Source: Gnetum montanum (lineage: Eukaryota; Plantae; Gnetophyta). From it: a stretch of DNA of 64,000 nt. The notes beneath the pieces are model-generated. The model saw nothing but the letters and a program-made list of their open reading frames with translations, made no database searches and had not been told where the DNA came from. Numbering within the stretch: the first letter of the stretch is position 1; every line of letters starts with the position of its first letter. The translations under genes and the position numbers were made by a program. The stretch spans positions 132,131 through 196,130 of the forward strand of contig MNCI01003051.1 of assembly GCA_015680685.1 (NCBI GenBank), in the 5' to 3' direction. Below, piece by piece: positions 23,324-38,300 of this stretch.

Positions 23324-26300
23324 CTGTAGTACATAGCAAAACAAGTTTAAAAGGTTAGGAATTAGCCTTCTTCCATATGACAGAATAGAAACTAGCTGTA
23401 TCATAGAGAGGCAAATAATTATTATAAATATTATAAATAAAATCTTCTTTTTACGTGTTGAAATCTTAACTACGTACTTCCACTAAAGCAATATAACATT
23501 AAATCAAATATTTCCCACCTTTGAAATTCCCAGCTTGGTTTCAAACTTGCAGATGAAAATGAAAAGTATCTAGAGAGTATAGCTGAACGTCCAATAATGC
23601 AGTTAAATATGACATCAATGAGAAGAAAGATCTAAATATTTTAGGAATATCGAAGAAACCATGTCTAGTTTCATGAACTACAATAGCTAGTTTCACGAGC
23701 AAGCAATGAAATCAATATTTTCAATTTATTTGTTGATAATATATATTTCTAAAATTTACTAAAAAATATATTTTCAATTTATAAAACTGAAACTGAATGT
23801 TTTTATTTTTATTTTTTGTTGAGTCAACTACCAATCATAGGTTCAATTCCACTAGGCAACCCTTTGTAAAAATTCAATTTCAGTTTCAGTTTCATAACTC
23901 TCTAGAGGGCTCAATTATGCAACACTAAATTATATTTTCTAAATTGTTGATCCTATATTCTACAAAAAAATTTAAAAAATAGATTTTTTGTGAAATGAAA
24001 TGATTCTCTTGGCCAAATTATAGATAGTATATGTATGTGTATATAGTTAAACTAGTTAAGTCCATTACAACCCTCTTCAACCTGTTGGACCACATCAGTT
24101 TCAGAATGGCTTTTATAGAATTTGTCCATTACTCAATATTGCCCATTGTAATTGAACATATGATCTAGGATTCCAATGTCAAGATTCTTACAAGGCTAAC
24201 ACCTCATTTATATAGGACTACTAAATGAACAATAGGAAATAAGAAAATGCTATAAAACAGATCCCTCTATCTGAAAACAAAAAGTCCAAGCCCAGAGACA
24301 ACTAGAAACCCAAGGGCCAAATCACTATTGAAGAAAAATACGTTCAGCCAACTTTTTAATCTTCTTTATTAGGTGGGTAGTATTCATCCATCACCAAACT
24401 ATACGACTTGGTCACAAGAACAACTGCTACTTAGGCGGAAAAGCAAATCATCCAATGTTCAAGTTGTGCTGACATTTACACATAAATTATTGTGTACACT
24501 TGATCTGATCATCCATCCAATAGTCGATGAAAGGGTTGATCTTTGACATCTTCTACACTTGCACTAACGTCATTACATTTGGATGGTTGAAAGCTTGCCA
24601 TTCTGTCACTGTATTGGTTTTTGCAGTACGGTATTCATTTGTGTCACTGTATATTGCTTTCATTTTTAGCGCAACACACTTGTTTTAGTATATTGATTCT
24701 GTAACTACAAGATTGTCATTCTTAAAATCAACTTATGAAAAACATGGATAATGATTTTTTTTTTAGTAATTTATTGTGTTGGATTGCATCAGGATGCATC
24801 TAATATTGACAGCAACCTAGTGAAGTGTTAGCCTAGTGGTAAATGTCTTGACATAGAAATACCATATTACAAGTTCAAATCCAGTAAGCAACATTGGGTT
24901 ATGACAAATTCTGTAAATTGAATTCTTGAACTAGCGTAGTCTAACAATCCAAGAGCATCTCAATGAACGTAATTAAATACATTCAGTTCATACAACTAAA
25001 ATCTACATGGTACAAGTCCAAGAACCCAACTACCATTCATGTAACCCACAACATCCAATAATATTCCCATGTTTACATTAAAATAAATTTGCTTAGTCTC
25101 CATGATACTATCATCCATTATCATTGCCGTATCCCATAATTTGAGGTGAACCTTCAACATTGAACCTTATGGTTACAGACTGAGCACACTGACCATTAGG
25201 CCCTGGCTCAATTACACTATTGATTCCATGGCATCTGCTGCTCTGGTCTTCATTGTCCTATATGATAAATAATAATACCCAATCCATTTTGAAAATGATA
25301 AGAAACCATTTTAAGATGCCACGATAATGGTGACATATTATTCAAAAAACCCCAATTTCTAGTTTTGAACACTCAAAACATCATGCAAAAGCTCAGCACA
25401 ATTTGTAAATAATTTGTCGAACGCACAACTTGCCCAATACAACACCCAACCGCGTCCAATTTTGATATCCTAAACGTGCAATAAGTTGTCCATATAAAGC
25501 TATTTCCAAGCTGTTACAAGTGCTTGTCAGTATTTACAAATTAGGTATTTTGACAAGTGCACCAGATAAAGGTTTTTTATAGGTGGTCAGAGTATTGCAA
25601 AGATTATCTGCAAGCCAGCAAGTATTTCTCAAGTTTTTTAAAACACAGAACACAGATGATGAACAGTCAGATCTAAGTCTGAAACCAGTGACAACACAAT
25701 CAAGAATCAGGGATCATACCAAATTAGTCACATATATAAGTTGTCCCTTCACCATTGAAGACATTTTTAACACGGATCTAAATAATCCTCTTGGCATCTG
25801 ACAAAACCAGTTCCATAGCTAGAAGTTTGGAATGAAAACATATCGGGTGTTCCCTAACCAATCTACAATCACTGTTATTGTTGAAGATTAAGGCATAAGA
25901 GTTAATAGCCATAAACTACAAGACAAGGAAATTCTTGCATCAAAACCTACAGTATGATAGCTGAACATATTTGCCTCTGTTTCCTAAAGGTTGGCTGGTT
26001 GGGTAAATAGTGATCGTGTTCGTTGTTATGAATGTAAAGCCAAATCTTATAACTTCTAACGTAATTTTTTTCAGATTAAGGATCGGCCATGGTTAACTAA
26101 TTACATATGGGTTCTTTTTAGATAGTTCTCTGGGTTCCATTCTTATGGAAGTAATTTCTATGAAATATTCTACATTGTTAAGATCATTCCAGAAGGATAA
26201 TTTCCAGAAGCTTCTAGGTTAACACTTGAAACATGGCTTTGCCTATTTAAGGGCCAAATCCTATAATCATTGTATGTGAACACCTCATGTGGATTAATTG

Positions 26301-29300
26301 AACAACATGAACTGAGCTTCTCCCAAATATTGCATTGAACAAGCAAAAGGCAAACAAGGTAAAACATTTATTTGCTTTGTTACTTTTCCTAAAGCATTAG
26401 ATTCTGTTGTGAAAAAACAATTATGGGGCAGACTTATCAAACTTAAAGATGATTCTAGTTTACTCAATGCCATCCAAAATTTACACACAGATAATTTTTG
26501 AATTAAAAGATGATGATACTACTTGTCAGTTTTACAATAATATAGGAGTAAAACAAGGTTTTCTTCTTTTACCAACATTGTTTGGCATTTTTATTGATGA
26601 ATTAAAAGTGTGGATTAAAGAGGTAACTACAAATCATGCTATTAAAGTGGATCAGTCATGGATACGGCTTTTAATCTTTGAGGACGATGTAGCACTAATA
26701 GCAAATTCAAAAACAGGATCAAAAGCCATATTTCATCAACTACAAAAATTTTATGAACGTACAATAATGAAGGTAAATGTTGACAAAACAGAAGTGCTAA
26801 TTTGTGGATCTAATAAATGAGATTACATTTTCTAACTAAATAATAAAAGACTTCAGATTGTGGATACTTACAAATATTTGAGATTAGAATGCTCTCAAAA
26901 TTATAAGTGGAAGTATTATATAACACAGTGAGTTGCAAATAGCTAGAAGGCTTTCTATACAATGATGAACAAATGTAGCAATCGCAATATTTGAACTTAT
27001 ACAATTTGAAAATATCTTTTTCAAACAATTGTACAAACTACAGTGCTTTATGGATGTATGGTGTGGGGCTCGAGTCTTAATCAAGAATCATGGAAAAAAT
27101 TTGAAAAACTTCAAAAACAGTTTTTATTGGATAAATTCAAGGTGAAAACCCAAGACCTATATGCAATAATTTTATTGAAAGCTAAATTGTTGCCATTCGA
27201 AGCTGAAGCACTGTATCAATTCTTAACTTTTTGTATGAGTAATAAAAATAGCAATTAGATATCAAGAGAGACCATCCGAAAATATCAGCAACAAAGATGA
27301 TTCCATGAAGGATAATTGTATCTTCAAAAATGAGGTATTGATAATAAGAATGGGATCACACCATCTCCAAGTTGAAACTAGAAGATGAAACAATGAGCAA
27401 CATGTATTATAAGAATGTTGCAGAACAAATTTTTCAGAAAAAAATGGCAAATCTCTATCCAGTCTTTGTATGAGCTATTCAAGCTACCAATGTCAATTCT
27501 AAGAAGTTATATAAAAGACATATTCAAGCTACATGAATATTGGACACAGGATTTGTTGCTACTAATGTGTTTTGCACAAGTTAATTTGTCTAACAAATCC
27601 CTTGGATCCACACATACATAATAAAATATCAGTATCAATATCAGAGAAACAAGTGGGGAGGTAAATTTTGAGGTATTCTTGGATTCACTTGTATTCTGAT
27701 CAATTAACTTTATATTTTCTTGCTTAATTGGTAGTTATGGATACAAACATGACTCTTATTTAAAAGTTCAATGAAAGTTTCTACAACCTTTGCAAGCTGC
27801 AGGTCGTAGATTTATTGTACAAACAGGAACGGATGGCTAGCTTAATTAGAAAACCATTTTCCATGGTTGATGAAGATTTTGAGAAACTGGATCATTGAGC
27901 ACTAGACTTGATTCTTAGTGCATTGCAAATCCAATTCCAGTAGAATACTAACAAGAGAAATCAACATCAGATTTGCTTAGGAAATTGGAAGGTTCCATGC
28001 CACTACATCCTAAATCTACACAAGAAAAATACATCAGCTTAAAATGAAAGAAGCTGAAATGCTATTTGAATTTTTAGCAAAATTTAATGTTGCAGTAGCA
28101 GATCTAGAAGCAATGGATCACAATGTTGGATCACAATGTTTTGAGTGATGAACCATAATGTTTCAAGTGATGAACCCTTGTTGATCTTGCTAGAAACATT
28201 ACTAGATTTGCCTGTATGTTGATCACTCACTTCAGATTTTCTTGCTTCATTGGTAATTACATGTACAAATACAACTCTTGTTTAAAAGTCCAATGGAAGT
28301 TTCTATAACCTTTGCAAGATCCAGGTCGTAGATTTATTATACAAATAGGAATGAAAGACTATTTTAGTTAGAAAACCTTTTTCCCTAGCTGATGAAGATT
28401 TTTGGAAATTGGATCACAGGGCACTAAGCTTGATTCCTAGTCCATTGCAGAATATAGTAGAATACTAAGAGGAGAAATCAACATTGGATTTGCTTAGGAA
28501 ATTGTAGCATTCCAAGCTACTACATTCTCCATCTACACAAGAAAAATACAAGAGCTTTAACTGCAAGAAACTGAAACTCTTAAATTTTTAGCAAATATTA
28601 ATGTTGTAGTAGCAGGTCTAGAAGCAATGGATCACAATGTTTTGAGTGATGAACACTCATTGATCTTGTTGGAAGCATTGCTAGCAAGCTGGGGTTATGC
28701 AATGACAACAATTTATGTCAATACCTTCACAACAATGGACTATGAGGAAGTAGTCCTCATTCTTAAAATAAAAGAAGTGTGTTATTGTCAAAATCAAGAA
28801 ACTTTATCAAGAAGACAAGCACTAGCTATTTGGAGAAATAAGAAAAATATGATACCAATTCATTAAAAATGTGATAAATATGAACATGTAAAGAGAGATT
28901 GGAAGTTTGCTTCTACTAGAGATGCATCCAGTGCAAAAGCATAAATTATATTTTAACATCTATTTTGTTCTCTAAAGATGTAAATGTAGATCTTGTATAT
29001 AGTTTAGTTTGCAATGTCTTTTATGCATGTCCAGATTTATATTACTACAAGAAGACATACTAATCTGTGGATGCTAAAGAGGGATTCATTAAAACCAGCC
29101 ATTTTAGATCTCTCTTATGTATAAACATGTTTAGTTTTAATGAACATTACGTTAGCTTGAAAGTAACCACATGTATAAATTGAAATGAAAGATATAGAAC
29201 TCCAATACCTAAGTGTTTGCCCTAGTTTCGTAGGGTCTTAGGATATGCTTTTAATTTCTTGCCTTTCATTATGGCTTTGGATGTGTGGTTGGTTTTGTTT

Positions 29301-32300
29301 TTCTTAAGCTAATCCATTGAGCTAATATCTGTTTCCAATCGCAGCATCTACTATTGTTCATAATCAGAGCTTGTAGAGTTGAATGGTAAGTTAGATGCAA
29401 CATAATAGTGACATCGTAGCTTATATGATTCAACATTAACAATTGAAGATATGGGTGTTGTTGCAAAGTAAAAAGCATACTAGTTGTCGATTTGGCAATT
29501 GATTCAACAAATTTGAGCTGGTGTATAGTGGCCATGTACAAAGGATAGCTTTGCTGGTGATTTGCTATAGCTGAGGGTTTTGCACATATAAACAAAAAGC
29601 TCTTGTGATAAGCACTTCAAACATAGTGGTAATATTAACAACATGCATAGTCTTTGGTTCCAATCAGCAAGGGTTTCGGCAAGAAATAAAGTTCAACAAT
29701 AAGGGCAACACAATTTCAAGGGTTTTGATAGCACTAAATGTAAAATGTTATGGCTAGTAATGAATAGGGTTGCCATGGTAGGATTTTCAACAACTCAGTC
29801 ATTGATGATAATGCTGCACCAAGAGATATAGAAGGACTGCAACATGATGTTTAAGAGAGTGGTTATGCAGAGGTCTGTAGTGTGACCATAGTTGTATTAG
29901 TTGCAAAAAGTGATAATAGCATAAACAATAATGTAGAATGATGTATTTTGATGTTGAAGGTGACAAACAACGCTGATGACAATAACTAGTTGTGATGGAT
30001 TTGTAGCTAACTGTGGCTGGAAGCTATGTTAAAAGTAGTTACTTTTGATTGCAAATCAGAAAGATCTGTGGTTGGATCAATGATATCCATGGTTTCTCTT
30101 GTAGGTTTATTGTTATTTTACAAGATAGATTGTTTTGGTAGGGTTCATTGTTGTTTTCAAAAAATAGGATTCTCATATATGTTCATTATTGTTTTGCAAA
30201 ACATTGTTCTTGCAAAGTTCATTATGCTCACATGATGGATTGTTCTTGCAGGTTCATTATTGTGTTTGCAAGATAGATTGTTCTTGTAGATTCATTGCTA
30301 TGTACACAAGATAGGTAGTTCCAGTGGGGGTACTTTGTTGTTTTCACAAGATAAATTGTTGTTACAAGTTTCTTGTTGGTATCACAAAGTAGATTATTCG
30401 TAGAGGTTCACTGTAATTTGTAGGATGGAATGTTCTTGAAAATCCATTGCTCAAATGCATTGTTGTGCATGTATATCTTGAATGTAGCATGAAATTGAAT
30501 AGTGCATATTTTGAAATGGAATTTGAGTTAAGGGGATGTATTCCTAAGTTTTTCTCATGTTGACATTGAGGTGGTGATTGTTGAACTATATAGCAATGTT
30601 AACAATATTAACCACTAGACTTTTCTAGAAGTTTCTAGGTGATTGAAAATTATATTTAGGTTCAATGAACTTTGGGTTGGTATGAAAGTAACCATATGTA
30701 AATTGAAACAAAGGGTAATGGACATGATTACCTCAGTGTTTGCCATGTTTTGCTAGGAGCTTAAGACTTATTTTCAATTTCTCATCTTCTTTATGGCTTA
30801 GGATGTGTGGTTGGTTTTATTTCTATTAAGGTAATCTATTATGCTAATTTTTATTTTCAATTACAAAATCTGTTATTGTTTACAAGCCATCATAGTGGCA
30901 TTAGAGCTTGCAGAATTAAATGGCAACTTAGCAGAAGCATAATCTGTTCCTACAAGTTCACACGAAGTCTTAGTTCGTAGGGTGTCTGCAAGGCTCTAGT
31001 GTTACGGTAGCGAAATTCTAAGTTTCATAATAATTACAACTATGTTTTTTATCATGTTCCATCCTTTGTTCAATTCAAACATAGATGTTTTCTTGCTAAG
31101 AATAGTTTTAGTGGGAGATACATCATTGAAGCAAGATGTCATGTAAGTGAAGACAATGGCATCTTTATGGAGTAGAGATTTGTTACTCAATGTAGAAGCA
31201 AGATTTATTTTTGAGTGGGAGATTGTTACGAATGTGAAGCTAAATCTTGTAACGTTATTGTTTGATTGATAAATAAGTTTTTTTCTCTTTTGGTAAGGGA
31301 TCAGCCATTGTTAGCTACTTAAATATGGGTTCTTTCTATATAGTTCTACAGATCCATTTTTATAAAAAGGATTTCTTTAAAATGATCTAAATTGTTGAGA
31401 TCCTTCTAAAAGGATAACTTTCAAATGTTTCCAAATCAAAGTTTCAAATGGCGATTTTCCCATTTAAAGGTTGGATCCCTTGGTCATTGGATGCAAACAC
31501 CTCATTTGGATTAACTGAACAATATGAACTACACTTTTCCAATAGAAGTTCCCCTATCTTCTTAAGGATTTTATCTCGTCAATCATGCATCTATTGTTAA
31601 TTTGCATCAGCTACTATTTTGGTTTTGGTTTTGCATCAACACTCTATGTTTTAAACACTTAAACTTTATTTTATATAGGTATTGATAGCATAGCTTCATG
31701 TGTCATTGGTATATTTCGATGGCTTCGTATGGCTTTAGTTTTGCATAATCTTTTGAATTAAAAACATTCCTCCATGACTGATGAAGATTTTCAAAAATTG
31801 GATCAAATGACCTTAAGCTCAATTCATAGGTGCATTGCATATTCAATTCTACTAAAATACCATGATGATAAATCAACATCAGATTTTCTTAGAAAATGGA
31901 TTCAAGGTTTCAAGCTAGTGCATCCTGTAATCAGATTTTCTATATAGGAAACTACATCAACTTCAAGTGCAAGAAGCTGAAATGCTCTCTAAATTTTTGG
32001 CAAAATCTAATGCGGTAATATTAGATATAAAAGCAATGCATTACAAGGTTTCAAGTAATGAATGCTTGTTGATCTTGTTGGAAGCACTCCTGGAAAGTTG
32101 GGATCCTGTGGTGACAACAATTAATGCTAATACCTTCACAACAAAGGACTGTTGGCATTCTTAAAATGAAAGAAGTAGGTCATTCTTAGAGTCTAAAAAC
32201 TTCATAAGTCAAGCACTGGTTATGAAGAACAACAAAAAAGAATACTATTTTGTTGAAAATATGGTAAACGTGGATATGTAAAGAAAGATTGCAAGTTTGC

Positions 32301-35300
32301 TTCCATTGGAGTTGTATCTAACACAGAACCAAGAATTATATTTTAACATCTAGTATGTATAGTTTGCAATTTCTTTTTGGGTTGTATTGAGGTGTTTATG
32401 TTCACTATATGAACAAAGGTGAATCTGTTGACCCTGATGAATTCATTAAATTTGGTCATTTTGAATCTCTCTTGCATAAGCATGAGATTTTCTATTTGTT
32501 TATTCACACAAGTTGACATAGGCTCTCAATTTTATAAGGTGTCTAGAAGGTCCTGGTGTTATGGTGGAGAGCTTCCAGGTTTTGTAATAATCGTAATTGT
32601 GCTCACTCTATCATGTTCCTACCTCTGATCAATTCTAGCATGGAAGTTTTCTTGTTGATGACAATTTTCGTGGGAGGTCTATCATTGAAGCAAGATGTCA
32701 CGTGAAAAAAAATGGTAACATCTTCATGAAGTAGATAAGTTGCTTAGGGGAGAAGCAAGATTTATCTTCAAGTGGCTATTAATATTGTTATAAATGTGAA
32801 GCAAAATCTTGTGGCTTTAGTGTTTAATTGACAAGCATGGCATTTCTGCAAGGGATGTGCTATTGTTAGTTAATGGGTTCTTTCTAGATGGTTTTGTGAG
32901 GTCCATTTTTAATTTAGAAATGATTCTTTAAAATGGTCTATGTTGTTGAGATCTTTCTAGAAGGATAACTCCTAGAGGTTTCTAAATTAGAGTCTATATA
33001 GAGCATGGTTTTTGTTAAAGTTTGAAGACAAATCCATAAGTCGTTTTGTTCTTTTTTAAAAATGTCATGTAAAGTTGGTAATAACTTTTATCCTACATGT
33101 AATAAGGGTAAATAGTTGCTACCCAAAAGGGCTATAAATATAACGTAATACAATAGCTTTGCACTGTAGTTGGTATGTAGAGTGAAGTTTCAAAAGCAAT
33201 GTGGTGTGAGTGTGTGTACTTGGGCAAGGGCTTTGTGCTTGTGTACGTCGTTTGGTATGTATTGTTGAGTTAATCTGTATAGTGTAGCTGCGTTGTTTGT
33301 GGTGTATCATTGTGTCTATTTTGTGACGTGAATCTTTCCCATGTTTTCATCCGGCTGATGTACTTTAAGGCATTTCTGCATTGTTTATCTCATGGTTTTT
33401 CCCGTTACGGTTTTCCACGTAAATTTGGTATTCAGCTTTTCTTGTTTTTGTTCCGTCGTTCTATTTTTTGAGTATTTAAAAGACATTTTTACAACTAGCA
33501 TCAGAGCAAAAAGACTGAGGGGAATAGGAACAATTGCAAAGCACAAATAATTTGATTGGAGCAAAGCACTCGAATGTTTGAAAAACATTAATGGAGGATA
33601 TAGTTTATCAAAGGGAGTGCAAAATTTTTTTTACAGTCAAAGGATTAAGCTAAAGCTACTTCCAGATTATCTAACGAAGGTTGATCAAATAAGTACCCTC
33701 ATGATGAGTGGCAAAAGTTAAACAAAAAAGCCCTTATGCTGATAAAGTCATGCTTAAGTAATGAAATCCTTCAATCACACAGCTCAATTACTTCTACGCA
33801 TGAACATTGAAACATTTTTAAACAAAGGTATGATCAGCCTATAGGTATGAATCTGTATTACATTATGAATAGAATTTTTAAAATGAAGATGAAGGAAGGT
33901 GCATCATTATAAACACATCTAGATGACATGAATGGTTTATTTGCTCCGTTAGATAATTTAAAAGTGATATTAACAAACTATCTTAGGGTTGTTACAGTGC
34001 TTCAGAAACTTTGCCTGATCTTAATACAATAATTTCGAAGTTGTTAGATGCAAATAAATCAAAGAACTCTAGATCTACAGGAGATGCTCTAGTTATTCGA
34101 AGAGGGCATTCTCAAACCAGAAGCGAAGGACAAAGTCAAAGCAAAAGTAGAGAAATGTCCAAAAGCAGAGATCTGGATTGTCGGTTCTACAAAAAGAAGG
34201 GTTGCATAAAGGCGAAGATGATGGTAAAAGGAAAAATGAATCAGGCTGGCAAGATCAAATAGGAAATAATTCAGCATTGGCATTTATTTGCATAGAGAAA
34301 CAAACAAATCTTTCCCAAAGTTCTGATGACATATGGATTTTATATAGTGGCTCTTCTTTTCATATTTCCCTAATTGTAACTATTTCAGTTCTTACAAAAA
34401 ATGTTCAGGCATTGTTCATGTTGCACACAGAAGAAAGCTTCAAATTCAAGGAACTGAAATTGTTGTGTAAAAACAGCAAGATGGACAACATATATCTATT
34501 GCAAGTATGAGGCATGTTCCAGAAATTTATGGCATAAGAGATTAGGAGACATCGTACAATCTGGATTGAAGGTACTTCAATCCAAACCTTCGATCCCTTC
34601 TTCAAGTTCTATTTTGGATTTCTGTAAGGATTTTGAAGTTGGAAAATTCAAAGGGGTTGATTTCCAAAGAAGAGAGCATCATAAAAGTGAAAACAGACTA
34701 AATTTGATTTATTCTGATTTAGTTGGTCCCATAACTCCTCTGTCTATTGGTGGCTCACAATATTTTGTTGCATTCATAGATGATTATATTTGTAAAGCTT
34801 GGGTGTATGCTATTAATTTGAAAGATGCAATGCTTGAATTTTTTAAGATGTTTGTAACACAGATGGAAACACAAACTGGTTTGAAAGTAAAGAAGCTACT
34901 TACAGACAATGGAGGTCAGTACACATCACATGTTTTTCCTGATTTTTGTGTCAAAAAGGGGATTATACACATGCATACCACCCCCAAAACACCTCACCAC
35001 AATGGAGTAGCAGAACGATGTAACAGAACATTATTGGAGTATGCAAGGAGCATGGTGGTTGCAGCAAACTTGCTAAAAAGTTTTTGGGCTGAGGCCGTAA
35101 GTAGTACTGCATATTTTATTAATAAATCACCTCATTCAACTTTGGATGGGCAAATTCCAGAAATTGTTTGGAGAGGAAAAGGAATTTCTTATAGGTGGTT
35201 GTGAGAGCTTATGTGCATCAGCGAAAATCTAGTAGTTCCAAGAATGTGTATTTTCATTGGTTATGGTGATGATCTTGGCTACAGGTTTTGGGATTCAGTT

Positions 35301-38300
35301 TCAAAGCAAATAATTAGATCAAGAAATGCTATATTTAGGGAAAGTTCTTTATTTTATCCGAAAAAAGTTCAAGATCATGTTATAAACAGTCCAAACTTCA
35401 GCTCTTCGCCTCCACAGAAAGAATCTATTAGACTTCATGTTGATGACAGTGATGATGAATAACAGTCTAAAGTTGAAGATGATTCGAAGCTTCCAAATGA
35501 GGTTTCTAGTAGTGAGGAGGAGGCAGAGCAGGAAGAATCTAGCGTAAATGATGAAAAACAAACAGAAAATGAGGAAGAAAAGATCCAGTTGCATAATGAA
35601 AGACCTTCACATTGGGTAAGAAGATCTACACAGATGTCAAAGCAACCTGACAGGTCCTCTCCTTCCTTGAATTATATTGTGTCCAGATTATGGAGAGACA
35701 AGACCATTGGTACAAGCAATGTCAGCTCCAAATGCAAATAAGTGGAAACTGGCTATGCAAGAAGAGTGGAAATCTTTACATGAAAACAATACATGGGATT
35801 TGGTACCTTTGCCTATGGGAAGAAAAACTCTAAACAATTGTTGGGTTTAGAGGCTGAAGACAAATTTTAATGGTTTAAAGACATATAAAGCAACGCTGGT
35901 GGTAAAAGGGTATACACAAAAGCCAGGTACTGATTTTACAAAAAAAAAAAAATCGCAAGTGGTGAAGCATTCATCCATTAGAATTGGATTTAGAAATTGA
36001 ACAATTAAATGTCAAAACAGACTTTTTTGCATGATCACATTGAAGAAGAGATAACTATGCAATCGCCTGAAGGTTTTAAGGACAAAAGGTGTCGAAGCCT
36101 AATATGCAAATTAAATAGGAGCCTGTATGAACTGAAACAACCTCTTAGACAGTGGTACAAGAAATTTGATGCATTTATGAAAAAGCAAAAATATAGTCAC
36201 AACAATTTTGATCATTGTGTCTATTATTCAAGCAATGTAGAAGTCAAATTTTCGTAAAATCTTGTGCCAGCAAGATTGTGCTTTCTTTGCCATATGTTAT
36301 TTTTCCTCTAGAGATGCAACTTTGTATGATACTAGTAAGTTGTCTAGTAAGCATACTTTTCAGTTCTTAGGCAAAGATATTGTAAAATTTTCCACAAAAG
36401 GCTCAGTGTTTATTTATGGAGATTTTAATGTAAGGATAGGTTTATATTGAGTAGCAACATGATTTCCATAGTTTAGATATTGTTGAAGATTACAGTTAAG
36501 TGAGACATTCTGCAAATGGCACTATTAATAAGATGGGTCAACAACTATTAGAATAGACCAAAACTTTTGATCTCCTAATCTGCAATGGCCTTGCTAGATT
36601 TCCTCAAACTTTATCATTTACTATTACAGGACTTCAAGGTAGCTTTTGCATTAATTTGCTTTTATGTTTTTATGAAGACATTGAGCTTATTAAGAAGCTG
36701 AAAGTTGGAGAGGATTTGGTGGAGTCTTCCCATCATCATTTAGAGTTTTTGCTGCAAATTAAAATTTCTTCTCAAACAATAAAATATAGGAATAGAATAA
36801 AATTTCAATAAAGAGTCACCCCAGAAGTCAATGAAAAATATATAGAAGAAGCACATAACAAATGGAATCTTAAAAGACAACATAAGGAGCTTGCGCAAAT
36901 TTTGCTTACAATGGCTGTGCAAGTTACACATTCACAAAAATAAAGTGCTCAAAGAATTGGTTTGATGAGGATTACATGCAAACGAGACAGAATATTAAAA
37001 ATGCAAATAAGAAACATAAGCAGAGTTTAGCTAAGGCATGATAAACAAACAATAATGTGGGTACTAACAAAAGGAATTGAATAGACAAAATGGTGGGAGA
37101 AACGGGAGCAATAGGAGCGAGGGCCGAGGAGAGCAACGACGTGGTTGGGCACAGGTCTGGCCTGAACTAGGGGAGCTCTATCGGCCAGAAGGCTAGCAAG
37201 GGGAATGCAACCAGAGGAGAGGCAAGTGGCAACAAGGACAAGCATGGAGCAAGGGTTAGGGTTTCCGCAAAGGAGAGGGGAAATGAGGACTTTGAAGCCT
37301 ATTCTAGAGAAGGGACCATCATGAGGCTCAAGGTGGGCTGCCTGCCAGAGGAGGCCTTGCAAACACTAGAGCGGAGTTTGCTAGGAAAATTTGTGTCCGA
37401 AGGTGCAGGCCCAAGGATGGACCTAGTTAGGAGATGGGTCAAGGTAGCTTGGGGCCTGGAGAACATCCAAGTAAGGAGCTTGGCAGATGATCGGCTACTC
37501 TTTAGCTTCCAAACAGACAAGGATAGAAAGAGGGCACTCTTGAGGGGCCCGTGGTTCTATGGGGCCCGTGGGCTTGCTTTGGCTCCTTGGTGGCTAGGAG
37601 CACATCATGATGCAGGCATGTTTGACCGTGTGCTAGTGTGGATCCGGCTTTTTGACCTACCGCTGGAGTACTAGGTGCCAAGATTCTTGAAGTCCTTGGC
37701 TGGCCTATTCAAAGAGTTTATCAAATTTGACACATTCATGACGTCAATGGACAGAATGGGGTATGCCCACTTCTACGTTTGGAGGTTGTTACGGTCAAAA
37801 GACAAGGTGAGTAAGGTGGTCCTAGACACGGCCACAGGTGAAGAAAAAATCAAGGTTTGGTTTGGTTCGAAAACCTTCCAAAAGTTCATGATGAACTACA
37901 GCCTATCTGCAAGACCTGTGGGAAAGGGCACCCAACTACAAAGTGTCGGGTCAAGCCACCAAAGTAATACTAGCACTATGGCAAGTAGGTGTGCCGATAA
38001 TGCCGCTGGAAACAAGACTAGTGTATCAACGAAGGCAGACCAGAGAACAGGGTTCTAGGATGCCGTTGCAGGGAACTGGCAGTGCTGCTACCCGCTGAGA
38101 TGCAAGGCAGGATCAGCCCGCAAATGGGGAGGTGGAACCCAAGCAGCCTGTAGATGGCCAATGTATTGCGGAGGCGTGCCACCTGGCAACAGAACAAGCA
38201 CAACAAGAAGAAGGGGCAAAGTGGCAATCGCGTTGGTAGCACTTGCGGAAAGAACAACAAGAGGCAACTTCCATGTGGATCAGGGATCTCCGATGAATAG

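Larger units (their letters stand above)
26024..33012 (+). mobile_element. Tandem array of the same gag-only Copia derivative (LTR-gag-LTR-gag-LTR); last LTR continues at 45379-45669 after Copia A
   Basis: LTR starts TGTTA(T/C)(G/A)AATGT(G/A)AAGC at 26024, ~31224, ~32786; gag remnants at 27800-28900 (duplicated) and 31780-32300; PPT GAGTGGGAGAT ~31213. Confidence 0.65.

Noticed and set aside
23780-23895. Short inverted repeat (AAACTGAAACTGAA / TTCAGTTTCAGTTT)
   Set aside because: Too short and low in complexity, with no TSD; not enough to call a MITE.
24813-24893. Functional tRNA gene
   Set aside because: Stems and anticodon arm do not pair convincingly; treated as a SINE-like head.
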